Program-made: the position numbers and the translations under genes | Shown: positions 53,178 to 64,000 of the stretch, piece by piece | Position numbering within the stretch: position 1 is the stretch's first letter | Layout of the letters: each line of letters starts with the position of its first letter | The notes under the pieces: generated by a model | Databases searched by the model: none | What the model saw: the letters and a program-made list of their open reading frames with translations, nothing else | Told to the model about the DNA's origin: nothing | NCBI GenBank assembly: GCA_023213395.1 | Contig: CM041465.1 | Span: 191,153,741 to 191,217,740 of the forward strand | Reading direction: 5' to 3' | Source: Cycas panzhihuaensis | Lineage: Eukaryota; Plantae; Cycadophyta | DNA length: 64,000 nucleotides

Positions 53178-53819
53178 TGTTAGGGTCAAATCTGGCACGT
53201 GTGTTCAGACTATTGAACAATAGCAATTAGCATCTAACCTAGTATCGTCAGTGCAAGAAATCAGCCCAGCAAGTGTCTGAGCAGAGGAACACATGCAAAT
53301 TAGACGGTAATCAGTAGGAACGGCCTCTCGAGGAACACATGACAAAGTACGTTCTGAAACAGAAACAGATGACAAACTATTCCAAAACCGGAATGCACAA
53401 CTTAAAATAGACAAAACACAAGTTGACATCAGCTAAAGATGCACGGACGTATGGACATACATATGGGTAGAGAATAATCGTGTAATCAAGGATTCGTTAG
53501 CGGATTCAGTACCAAAGATCATGCATTATGTAAAGGATACAATTGTGAATATTGGTCACAACCATTCCCCAAAAAGAATGCATGGGGTATTTAAGGGTTA
53601 TTTCTCACCATTCCAAGTGTGAGAGCCAAGTTAATTTATTTCTATGGCATATTATTTGGTGCAGAACCCAAGCATACTGTAATATTGATGATGCCCTAGT
53701 GAGGAAAAGCTATATGATGATATAAAAGTGATGTAAACATTAATACTGCTTAATGAAATCAACGAGTTACACGGAAAATGTGTATCTTCTGTTGCTTTTG
53801 ATTGATTTATGATGATGTG
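53178..53819 (+). repeat. Interrupted LTR (copy A) of an Athila-like family
   Basis: Starts TGTTAG; shares hairpin, GTATTTA TATA, GTGAGAGCCAAGT and AATGAAAT..GAGTTAC blocks with LTRs B and C. Confidence 0.7.
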
Positions 53820-54503
53820 TGTTGACTTAGAATCTGCTTCCTACTGCAAGATCTTCACTTGTCAAGGTTTTCCATTGTAGTCTAGGTTGTGTGCACATGG
53901 TAAACATACATATCTTTTATTCATTATGCCACATAAGTACACATGATATCCACGTAACTCTGTAATATTATTAGACAATAGTCAATATTTTACATCATAT
54001 TCTATTCGTACATAGTTGACTGGTCATTTGTACTAGGTCAGATCCCAAATAGATCACTTACTCAGCTCTCACATCCATTCCCATGCATGGATGTGTTTAA
54101 ATACCCTTTACATCCCTATTGCGGAACGGTTGCAACTAACAGTCACAACCATCTGTTTTCCCTAACGAATGTCTCTTCACTGTTAATCCATTCTTGTTAT
54201 CTCCTTAATACGTTTGTTAATCCATACAGCAAGGTCCACGTGTCTCTTTCCTTGTTCCATCCACTCTGCATCCATTCCCAATATGCTCTTGACTATGCAG
54301 CATACGTTCATTCTCTGTTCAGTGAGTTCCTACTGTATAACTTCCATTCCTGTGACGGAATGGTACTGCTTTATGTGTATTTTTCGTCTGTTCTTCTTCG
54401 TGAATGGTTGCCAAACCGTCGCCCTGCAAAATATCCATTGTTTCATCTAGATTTCATCATACATTCCCCCTAACGAACACATGAGTCAAATCTAACCACA
54501 ACA
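53820..54503 (-). repeat. 3' LTR (copy B), 684 bp
   Basis: TGTTG/CAACA termini; minus-strand homology to LTR C through CTAGACTA..AACCTTGACAAGTG..TCTAA(G/A)TCAAC. Confidence 0.75.
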
Positions 54504-54619
54504 TCTATCTGGGGTAAAAAAAAAATGTTGAGCATCTGTGTTCAATTCAAAATTTCAAAAAAAAAAATGATTGTCTTTCTCCTCCTCCCTTTTTGAGTTA
54601 GGACTATTCCCGTAGTCCT

Positions 54620-55690
54620 AGTTCCTTTAGTTGCTCAGTGGCTCATAGTAAGTCTCCAATGTTTTGTGTTAATGTGGCTATAATTGCATTCTTTTGTTTA
54701 ATATTTTCCTATAATTCTAGGATTTGTATCTTGTACCCTTGTTCCAATTCTTGTAGAAGTTGACTTATTTGTGTACCCTTTTCACTTAAGGGTGATTGTG
54801 AAGAATCTTCCCCTGGTTCTATAACTGTCAGAAGTGGGCGTTCCATTTCCCATTCTTCTGGTACCTCTTCTATTTTTTGTTGTCTTCTACCCCTTTTTGT
54901 GCCTCTCTTTATTACTTGCTTTTGCCTTAGTTGAAAGGGGGTCCTTGGTTTGTGCTAGATCCATTTTAACACCTTAGTCATCTCTGTTTTGACATGCCTC
55001 TTCACACCTAGGTCTTGAGTACTGTTTGGCATAATATTTACCCATTTCTTTATCATGGGTTCCCCGGGTCGGACAGGTAAGGAGGGAGGATTAATATCTG
55101 GACACTACTAGAATAATAGTGCTAATAATAGTGATGGTTGTCTAAAGGAGTGAGTTTGAAGCTCCCCAAATTGGTCCTCCATATTGTTTGCTAGGAATTC
55201 ACACGAATTCATCTTCACTCCATCTCGTAATGCTAGGGAGTAGGGCATTAATCCTTTGGGAATGTATGTACATTTTTGTTTTGATAGAAATTTAGATACT
55301 AGATTTTTTGCAGCCCATTGGAATTTTCCATCCATGATATCTACAATCCTTATTCCGTCATAATAAACCTGGGTGTCTGGAACACGCAATTCCCTTGTCC
55401 ATATTTTCCAATCTATTTCGAATCTTTTAATGGCCATAGGGGTTTTGCCTCTTTGGATAATCCAGTAATCTCATGAATAGTTGCTGCATTTTTTTTTACC
55501 TTCTCCCTATTAAATTTAACAGCTACAATAATTTGTCCCATTATTTTAGGCTCCCAATATAGTGGAGGAATTATCATGAAGTCCTCCAATCCTGCTTTCT
55601 TGATCCTAGCTTTAAAATTTGCTAGTAATTCTTCGAATTCTCCCTAAAGTCTTGGCAAATAGGTCTCTTGTACCCCTGCAATTTTCATCA
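54620..55690 (-). pseudogene. 3' extra ORF of element B (sense), PMD/Transposase_28-like, disrupted
   Basis: NAATIHEITGL..; ORF 55108-55437 FQWAAKNLVSKFL..GVKMNSCEFLANNMEDQF..FRQPSLLLAL, then a basic/coiled-coil tail; position typical of Athila/Tat extra ORFs. Confidence 0.5.
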
Positions 55691-56354
55691 TGTGGCCAAA
55701 AGGGAATATATGAAAAAAAATAGATATAACACTAGATTACATTGAGAGACTTACACCTTCTTGCCCAAACGTGCATTCCCTAATTCGGACGATTGTTAGG
55801 TTTTTTGCCCGGGCGTGCGTACCCTTATTCAAATGGCTATTAGGTACCATCCATGCTTCGAGCATTCCACATTTCGAACGATTACAGTCAACTGCTTCTT
55901 GGGAGAGTTGTATTACTACTCTTTCTTCAAGCATTTGATTGCTAGAATGATTCTAGGGTTCTAGGCTTTATATTTGTCCTTTTTTTAATTCGCTCAGGTC
56001 GCATTCTTTTTTGGGAATGCATGCATTCATCATCAATCCATTATGTTCCCTTTTTAGAATGGTTCCAAGTTCTAGCTAGCTTTATCTTGTTCTGTTCCTT
56101 GTTAGGAACGCATCTAATTCCGTTGAGTATCTTTGCTCTGCTTCCATTCCAATCCTGGAATGCAAGGTACATTTTCCTAGAATAATTGTTGGCTTTTGTC
56201 TAGATATATGATTTCGCGAGTTACGGTTGGTTTTTTATTTGTCTCTTCTTCTTTTTTTTGTAAGGGTTTTTGTGTTTATGCACCAATGTAGAGTCCTTGT
56301 CCTGGTACTAGGACAACTTTGGTTGTTTGCAATTTCAAGCAATACGTAATATAC

Positions 56355-56887
56355 TGTGAAAATGGGCATTAGGCCACATTAGTCCCAAGATCATAAGTAA
56401 AAGCACAATACTACAAATGCATGAAGCATAAAACATAAAGAACACAAAGAGAAATGGGAGCAAGATCAAGATACCAGAAATGGGGGGTTGGAATTAGTCC
56501 AACCACCAAAGAATGCTTCAACTTGATTAGCAACCGATGTAATAACAATGAGCTCCTCCTCTCAAGATGAGCAACAATGAAGAGAGGCCTCTTTAAATAG
56601 AAGAAGATGAGAGGCCAAAGGCTATTGCATGATTGACAAGTGTCAATCATGCAATGCATGCTTGCATGTAGGACAAGTGTCCATTGGGAGCTCATGTGAG
56701 CAAAAGTGCAAGGGGGTCATTTGACCCTTAAGTTACAACGTTATGTCACTAGACATAAAGTGGGTGTGTACTTTATCACTTAAGTGATAAAGTTACACCT
56801 AAAGTACAAAAGTGCAAAAGTGCACACATAATACAAAAGTACATTAGCTTAACATTATAAACATAAGGTAAACCAAGAGGTTTAACA
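56355..56887 (-). mobile_element. Solo LTR, 533 bp
   Basis: TG..CA termini flanked by perfect TSD TATAC (56350-56354 / 56888-56892); TATA CTATTTAAAG on the minus strand. Confidence 0.9.
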
Positions 56888-56929
56888 TATACATTCAGTT
56901 GACTCTTACTAGAGTGGCACTTTATAATG

Positions 56930-59650
56930 GTAGTATTTTTTTAACCGACTGTCGTTAACTACGGTGGGCAACTTATGACCATTCACCTCTTGTAACTATA
57001 TTGATCCATTAGGATAGATACATACCACTTGGTAAGGTCCTAACCATCATGGTTTCAGTTTCTCGAGATGGGTGCGTAATTTACTATCCTACAATAGGAC
57101 ATGTTCTCCTTCCTTGAACTGAGGGCATCTAAAGTGACAATCATACCATGCTTTTTGTGTCGTTTTTTCGATTTCTTGTAACCAATCTAATTTTTGTCTA
57201 TCCTCGTCCAACTAGATCAATTGACAATCGTTTCCGTAAGGATTTGATGTTTTTTAATGGGCAAGCTAGGGCAATTCTTAGGCTAGGAATCTAGAACTTG
57301 ATAGGGGGTATAGCTTCTATCTCATACACCAACTTAAATGGTGTGTGTCACGTAGCTAGCTTGTATGTTGTACGGAATGCCCATAAGACAAAGGGTAGTT
57401 TCTCAGCCCAATCTACTCTGCTAATGTCGCAAACTTTCCTTAAACAATTTTCCAGGATCTAATTGGAACTTTTTGCTTGCCCATTTACGCAAGGGTAATA
57501 AGGTGTAGATTTATGATGGGTAATCAAGAATGTTTTCATCAATTCCTCGATAACTTCGTTAAGAAAATGGGCTCCTTGGTCATTAATCAACTCGATAGGA
57601 CAACTGAATCTTGTGATAATGACCTCATAGAGAAATTGGGTTGTACTAGTTGCATCTTCCTTAGGTAGTGGTCTAGCTTCCACCCATTTCATTGCATAGT
57701 CTATAGCTACCAAAATATAACAAGCTTGCGTTCTTCTTGCAACTGGCTTAATCGATCCAATAAAATCTAAACCCCATTTTTCAAAAGGTACCAAAAGAAG
57801 GACTAGGTTTAGGGGTTGAAGTTCCTTCAATTGGGTTTCCCTACCCTTTGGCAATGGTCGCATTTCTTTACCCAATCCTTCACATCTTCGAAAAGAGTCG
57901 GCCACCAGAATCCCGCTATTAGGATTTTCCTTTGTGCATTTTTTGATCCTGCATGTCCCCCTGCCACTTCTTCATGAACCTGAAATATCACTTGCTTCAC
58001 CTCGTGGCAGCAATTGCACCATCATAGAACATCATCTGGTCGTAATCGATATAATTCTCCTCCAATTAGTTGGTAGGGTTTCGCTTTTCTTACTAAACTC
58101 CATTTTTGGGTCTTATCCATGGTTGGAGGACATTGTCCTGTGACTAAGAATTTGATTATATCCTGATAGCACTCTACAAGAACTGATTCAATATTAAAGA
58201 GTGTTGTATCCGAGAAGTCATCTAATACTCCTACAGCGTTTCCTCCATTATGGATTTAAGAAAGTTGATCAGGGATAATATGTGCCTTCCCTGATTTTAC
58301 TATGATCCAGAAAGTGAACTCTTAGAACAACATAAGCCAACAACTAATACGTCCCCTTAAAAATGCCTTGTTGATCAGATACATGAGTGCCTAATGGTCC
58401 ACATAGAATATAAAGGGATTTGCCAATAAGTAATGGTGAAACTTTTGGAGGGCATACACCATTCTAAGCCCTTCTCATTCTGTTGTTGTATAATTTTGTT
58501 CTGTTCTGGTTAATTTTCAGCTAGCAAAGTATATAGGCCAATCCACATTGTTTTCGCTAGGCTGGGCTATGACACAACCAATCGCATATTGGGAGGCATC
58601 AATGTGCACAATATTTTATTCCAATCAGGAAAACGTAAAACAGGAGCTAAAGCTAAGGCTCATTTTAGGGTTTTGAATTCTTTTTGTTGTTCTGGCCCCC
58701 ATTGCCAATCTATTTCCTTTTTAAGGAGGTCCTCCAATGCTCCTGCTATCTGGGCATACCCTTTTACGAATTTCTGGTAATATCTAATTAATCTTTAAAA
58801 CCCTTTTATTTGTTGTTGATTCTGGGGTTGGGGAAAATGTGGGATGGCTACCACTTTTGCTAGGTCCGTCATTAATCCTTCGATACTAATCACATGTCCC
58901 AGAAGATTGCCAAAGGGTACCAAAAAAGTACATTTTTTTGGGTTCAATCATAGCTTATTCTCCCTTCAAGTTTGTAGCATTGTTCTTAAATTTTCTATAC
59001 GGTTTTCCATTATACCATATAGAGTCCAATCATCTAGGAATACAGTGATTGTTTCCCCTACTAATTTCTTGAATATGTTAAGCACAATTCTTTTGAAGGT
59101 TGTTGGGGCATTAATAAGTTCGAACAGCATAATTCAATATGCATAAGTTTCCCATTCGGTCACAAAGGTTGTTTTATGTTGATCTTCAGGTGCGATGCTC
59201 ACCTGATTGTATCCGCTAAACCTGTCCGTGAAAGAATAAACTTCCTTTCCTCCTACAATTTCTAGGATGTCTTCTATGAAAGGAACAAGAAAGAGGTCTT
59301 TCTTGGTGACTTTATTAAGTTGTTGGTAATCTACATTTGAATTTTCCCCCTTTTTTTGAGTACTACCACTATGGGGTTTATCCAATCACTATATTCAATC
59401 TCATATATGTAACCTACATCCAACATCTTGTCCAATTCTGTTTTAACTTTCTCCTTATATTGTGGGTTCATTCTATATGATCTCTGCTCAACGGGTTTTG
59501 CCCCTTGTGCCAAGTCGATATGATGCATCCCAATCTCGGGTGGAATTCCCTTGAGATCTTTGTATGACCAGGTAAATATATTTTGATATTCCTCAAATAA
59601 TGCTTGAGCTTCTACTACCGTTTTCTTGTCCCAATAAAATCACTTATGGT
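56930..59650 (-). pseudogene. Element B RT-RNase H-integrase
   Basis: VDYQQLNKVTKKD.F..PFIEDIL..YSFTDRFSGYNQV.IAPEDQHKTTF; FLDDW; PFEKWGLDFIG..IDY..KWVEA..HKSTPYYP..NGQA; GPY motif. Confidence 0.93.
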
Positions 59651-61149
59651 AATATTCTTCGGTTATGTCTCTGTCCCAAGGTTTATTTGCGTAGTTTTGG
59701 GTTCTCCATTTTGTACTCCCTTTTCCGTTTGGTGAGCAAGTATGTCTTCTATGTTTCTTTGCCTATATCTTAGTTCTGTGTACTCTAGAGGTAGATTTAG
59801 GATCTCCCCCCCCCCCCCCTCCCCCTCTTCTTCACCGTCGTTGATTTTTGTATTCTTAATGTTTTCAATTGACATTAGATGTTTTCTACTCTTTTATCTA
59901 TATCCCTTATATTCTTAAAACCTTGTGTGTTACTCGGTTATTGGAGGAGTATGAAAAAGCCTTAGTGAATGAACGTTCTATCTCTTCCCAGGCTACTAGT
60001 TTGGTTTGTTCTTATTTTACGAACCATGTTTTTGCCAAAGTTCCCAGTGTATGGATAAATAAGTGACTCCAGTGTAGTTTAGGGATACTACAATGCTTCT
60101 AAAGACATCTACACCTAAGGAGATGTTTTTTAGGGCATTCTCCTACCAAGAATCCCGAAATTAGTAGGTTTTGGGGTGGGTCAAACTTGAGACGGAAAGT
60201 TGCCCCATGTTCGGAGGGTATGGTGGTCAACTATATACCACCACCATACGTGGTCTTGTAGGGTAGCTACGAAGTCAAAGATCCATTGGGTTTTATCCAA
60301 TATCCTATAATGTAGCCAATGTTCCAAGCATTGAATTAAACGATTCTTAACTTCCATTTTCTTTCCTTGGAATGAGGGTAAATGTTTTTGTCAATTTGTT
60401 CTATCTGCAGGTATGAGTTTAGTGAGGTAGGTATCTTCTATTAACCCTTGGAGGTCATCATTCATTTCTTTTTCACTGGGGGGATTAATAGAAAGGGACT
60501 TTGGGGAATCTAGAGGAAAAGTTTGGGTAGGGAGGGGAATTTCTACCTCACCCCTTCAGTCTTCTGCAAAAAGGGTTACAGGGGTTTCCTTAGAGTCAGG
60601 AAAGAGATTAGCCAAATCTCCGAAATTAGCCCTAGGGAATGGGGGTAGGGATGGGGGGTAAGGATGGGGATAGGATGGGGTCTTAGAAGTTAGTAAGTTT
60701 ATGTATACCTTGTTCCTAATTTAGAACTCAACATTTACCACGTCTTTATTATCTAATGATTCATTAGGATAAGTGAGACCCATATTAATCTAAATTATTA
60801 CTTAATTCATTGTTAATTGAAAAACATTTAGATAATAAATTACAGCAGAATGAGTGGGATTGTATCTCAAACGAATTATCCATCCAATACTTGATCATGT
60901 TGGTGGTTCCTTCCTCATCTGATGATGCTTCTGATGGTAACTCTCCGTAGATGTTGGGTTCAAACTCCTGAGTATCATTCATATGTGCAGTCTCTTCTGT
61001 CATATGGTACAAGCTGGCTTCGTCGAAGGTTGAAGAAGTTTCCAGTGTTGCTATTGTGGTGATAGATGCATTATCTGGAATCACTTCCACCATATATCTT
61101 CCTTTCGCCAACATAGGAAGGATGACCTCGTTTCCTCTATTACTAAGTG

Positions 61150-62960
61150 TAAAGGTCATGTCTCTCCAACTTTGCAGGCAGACCATTTAGTATAACCATG
61201 ATCTCCCTAGTAATGTTCGATAAGCAACCGTGTCTTTGACGGTATCAACGATTATGAAGTCTAGGGGAACAATAATACCGGCTACGTTCATTTGTATATT
61301 CTCCAAATGCCCTACTAGTTTCACTAAGAGCTTGTTCGCCAGTTTTAACAAGTAATTTGGGGGCAATAATCACGGATTTCCCAATTTCTTCCATGTCTGG
61401 GTGGGCAATACATTTACTACAGCTCCTCCATCCACAATAACACTCTTTAGGGTTACCCCTAGAATGCTTATATCAACTGAAGGATCTAAGTCATAAGAAG
61501 GTTTGATTTTATGTAAACTTCGAGAGGCTTCCCTTAGGTGAATATTTCCTTGCTTTATCCAATCAATGACTTTTCCCAATGGGATGGTTAGGTCTAATTG
61601 TTTGACTAGGTCTTCCATGAGTACCAACTTTTGTAGGAGCTCTTCCGACTTAGGTGCTTCCCCTAGGTTTTATGCTAATGCTTTTTCTTCACTTTTCTTA
61701 TTCCTTCTTCAATATACTTGTTTTATTTTTGGTTTCTCCATTGGTAAGGACTTGGCTACTTCCTCTTTTGCGACTTTCTCTAAGGCCTTTTTTGCAGCAA
61801 CAAAACGGTCTATTTCTAGTCTCGAATTTGGGTAGTTTGTTTCCATCTCATTCCTTTTGTTTTGTAAACTAATATTTTTAGGCGATTTCGGTATAATTGT
61901 TACCCTGTTTAAGGCCTTGCCCTTGCCTTTGCATTCCTCTTTTAGAATTTTTGCTACTGGACAATCTGACTTTTAGTGTCCATATTCTAGACATATTAAA
62001 CATTTTCCCAATGGAGGATTCTTCCTTAGATTTTCAGGCTATGTCCTTGTTGTGTATATCATTTGGGTATTTGAGTTATTTCTTCCCCGTTCTCTTCCTC
62101 TAGCATTGGTGCTTCTGGTGTTGAAATAGCATTCCTGAGTGTTACGTGTTCCTTGGTCACAAATATGACAACAAGTGTTCTGCTTATGAATTCGAGCATT
62201 GCATTCATATTCTTTTGTCGTGTGAGTGTCCTCACAGATATGGCACCATTTTTCTATTGGGGCTTCCTTACAACGATGTTTACCAGAGTCTTCCCCAAAG
62301 TTGTCTCGATATCTGTGCTCTTGTAATTTCAAACTGGCCACTTCCTTCCTAAGGGCTTTAATTTCTATATTTTCATTTGTTTTGCCCGTTTGAAATAAGG
62401 GCCTATTGACATTTTGTGTCTCCAACTCATTTATCTCCTCTTGCAATCTCATGACCAAAGGGTCATAGGCTATCCTCTTAGTGTCAATTTCTTTTTCGAA
62501 ATCAAAGGCTAACTCTTGCGCATGTTTGTATGATTTTAGGGGGTGTGATGCCATTGCATTCCTCAATTTGGTGTTCAACCCATTTACAAAGAAGGTATGC
62601 ATACTTAGGTCTATGACCTTCTCTCCTTTTGTCATGGCAGAGGAAATCATGTCTATTCTGTTGATATATGTCATTACAGATTCTCTAGGTTTCTATTGGA
62701 TCTCCCTTAGGGTTAACTCTCTAATATCATTATTGCAATATTTCAAAAACCTTTCTTCATATTCCTTTTTAATCTCACTCCATGATTTGTGTGGGTACCA
62801 AGCTAACAGCACGCCCCTCAATGAATAAGCAAATCTCTCCTTAATTTCAGTTTCATCCGTGATCTTTTTGAGATTGATTAACCTATGGAATAGATAGATG
62901 TGTTCTGTGACATCAATAGAATCGTCAAAAATGAGTTTCCCAAACTCCTTATGGTGTGCC
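61150..62960 (-). pseudogene. Element B gag and protease
   Basis: RFAYSLRGVLLAWY..SWSEIKKEYEERF (Retrotrans_gag); CHIC..H zinc knuckles; VIVDGGAVVNVLP..YRTLLGRSW. Confidence 0.88.
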
Positions 62961-63012
62961 ATCGTTGAGTTGTTCCTCCTCTCTTCCCTTCGAGGTGGGC
63001 TTGTTTCCTTAC

Positions 63013-64000
63013 TGTTGGAGCATAATGTGACACGATGGGCTATGGGCAACCAGAGAGGAGCCAACTTTCCTTGGACTGTGCAGGTACGGACCGTACAGAA
63101 GTACGTATGCAGTGAAAAATGGAGAATCCAGCATTTTGGGTACGTATGACAGGTGCGTACCTAGTAAGGTACGCAACACAGATACGTACCTCCGGGCAGA
63201 ACGCAAGCGAACAAGATCGGTACGCATGGAAAGACTGGACAAAAGGGAGCCTAGAGTGACGTCAAGCGTACGTACAGACATACGAACGAGTTAAGACAAC
63301 GATTGAGGAATCTAACCAATGGTTAGGAAGAGGTATGCATGATGGAAAAGGTACGGTTATGACAGATAGTCATAACCCTTCAGCGAAAAGACACCAAGCA
63401 GCGTATTTATGTGACTTCCTAAGGGCCATTCGGTTAGGGTGAGAGCCAAGTATACCGGTACATATTGGTACGGAGACCGACGCATGGAAGCGACCTAAAG
63501 CCGTGTATTTTGATGGGTACCTCCACAGTACGCATGTGATGATTCATTGTATAAAATTTGGAATGCACAAGGAATGTATTCCAGCACCTTGTGTAAAAGA
63601 AATATTGCTTAATGAAATAAGAAGTTACGTAGAAACTGTGTATTCTTTGTGTTGCAAGGACTGAATGTGGAATATGTGTTGATTTCTGTACTGTTGTGTG
63701 CTATTGTGATATAAGTATGTGGAAACATTAATAATCTGTGGAATATATGTGGATAATGATGTTGACTGTGTCCTAAGCTAGACTATAACCCGTGTAACCT
63801 TGACAAGTGTACCTTTCCCATAAGTGCAATGGGAAATCTAAATCAACGTTGGTTCCGTTGCCTACGTCCATTGAGAAGGGACAGCGCCCAGGAGTCTCAA
63901 AAAGAGGAATGTGTAAAAAGCAGAGGACCCTGGCTGTCGTCGTGATGGCAGGCTGTAACTAAGCCTCCGATAGCCAGGGGACCTTCCAATGCCACCTAAG
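63013..64000 (+). mobile_element. 5' end of nested Athila-like element C: LTR 63013-63848 and tRNA-Asp-type PBS 63850-63862
   Basis: TGTTG..TCAACG termini; PBS TGGTTCCGTTGCC resembles the Athila TGGCGCCGTTGCC; homologous to LTRs A and B. Confidence 0.8.

Larger units (their letters stand above)
53820..63012 (-). mobile_element. Athila-like (non-chromovirus) Ty3/gypsy element B; 5' end interrupted by element C
   Basis: 3' LTR 53820-54503 with TGTTG..CAACA; gag, PR, RT, RH, INT and a 3' extra ORF on the minus strand. Confidence 0.88.
52522..64000 (-). other. Last intron of RAPTOR (at least 11.5 kb, TE-filled, continues beyond window)
   Basis: No upstream RAPTOR exon recognised between the acceptor and window end. 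Confidence 0.75.

Noticed and set aside
53178-54503. Single 1.3-kb palindromic LTR or DIRS-like inverted termini / TIR transposon
   Set aside because: Better explained as two related LTRs in opposite orientation: B has its own TGTTG..CAACA ends and aligns end-to-end with LTR C; no TSD around the 1.3-kb unit; the element has a DDE integrase
63013-63848. 5' LTR of element B
   Set aside because: Wrong orientation, too diverged from LTR B, and has its own PBS on the right side

Overview
Eukaryotic, AT-rich plant genomic DNA, most likely a gymnosperm judging from the Tat/Athila-like/copia families, heavy C->T decay and very large intron. The window is a stack of nested, mostly degenerate retrotransposons plus the 3' end of one host gene. 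(1) 1-29464: a minus-strand Ty3/gypsy Tat element. Its extra RNase H lies downstream of integrase, and it carries an antisense plant-mobile-domain ORF and 3' tandem arrays. It is interrupted by a full-length copia (8068-16219) and by a gag-only copia derivative (21749-27442) whose leader carries foreign cargo, including a fragment resembling the NUCLEAR PORE ANCHOR (NUA/TPR) gene. (2) 29470-41100: a plus-strand copia interrupted by a 5'-truncated RNase H-bearing L1 LINE and by a Tnt1/Tork-like copia, followed by gypsy debris. (3) 45334-49045: a non-autonomous LTR element whose interior is a mosaic of short PPR-like fragments. (4) 52183-52521: last coding exon of RAPTOR (minus strand). Its upstream intron (at least 11.5 kb) holds a nest of three related Athila-like elements plus a solo LTR. 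The middle element has a second Gag/capsid-like domain between protease and RT. All calls are by-eye reading and manual translation, with no database searches, and internal domain boundaries are approximate.
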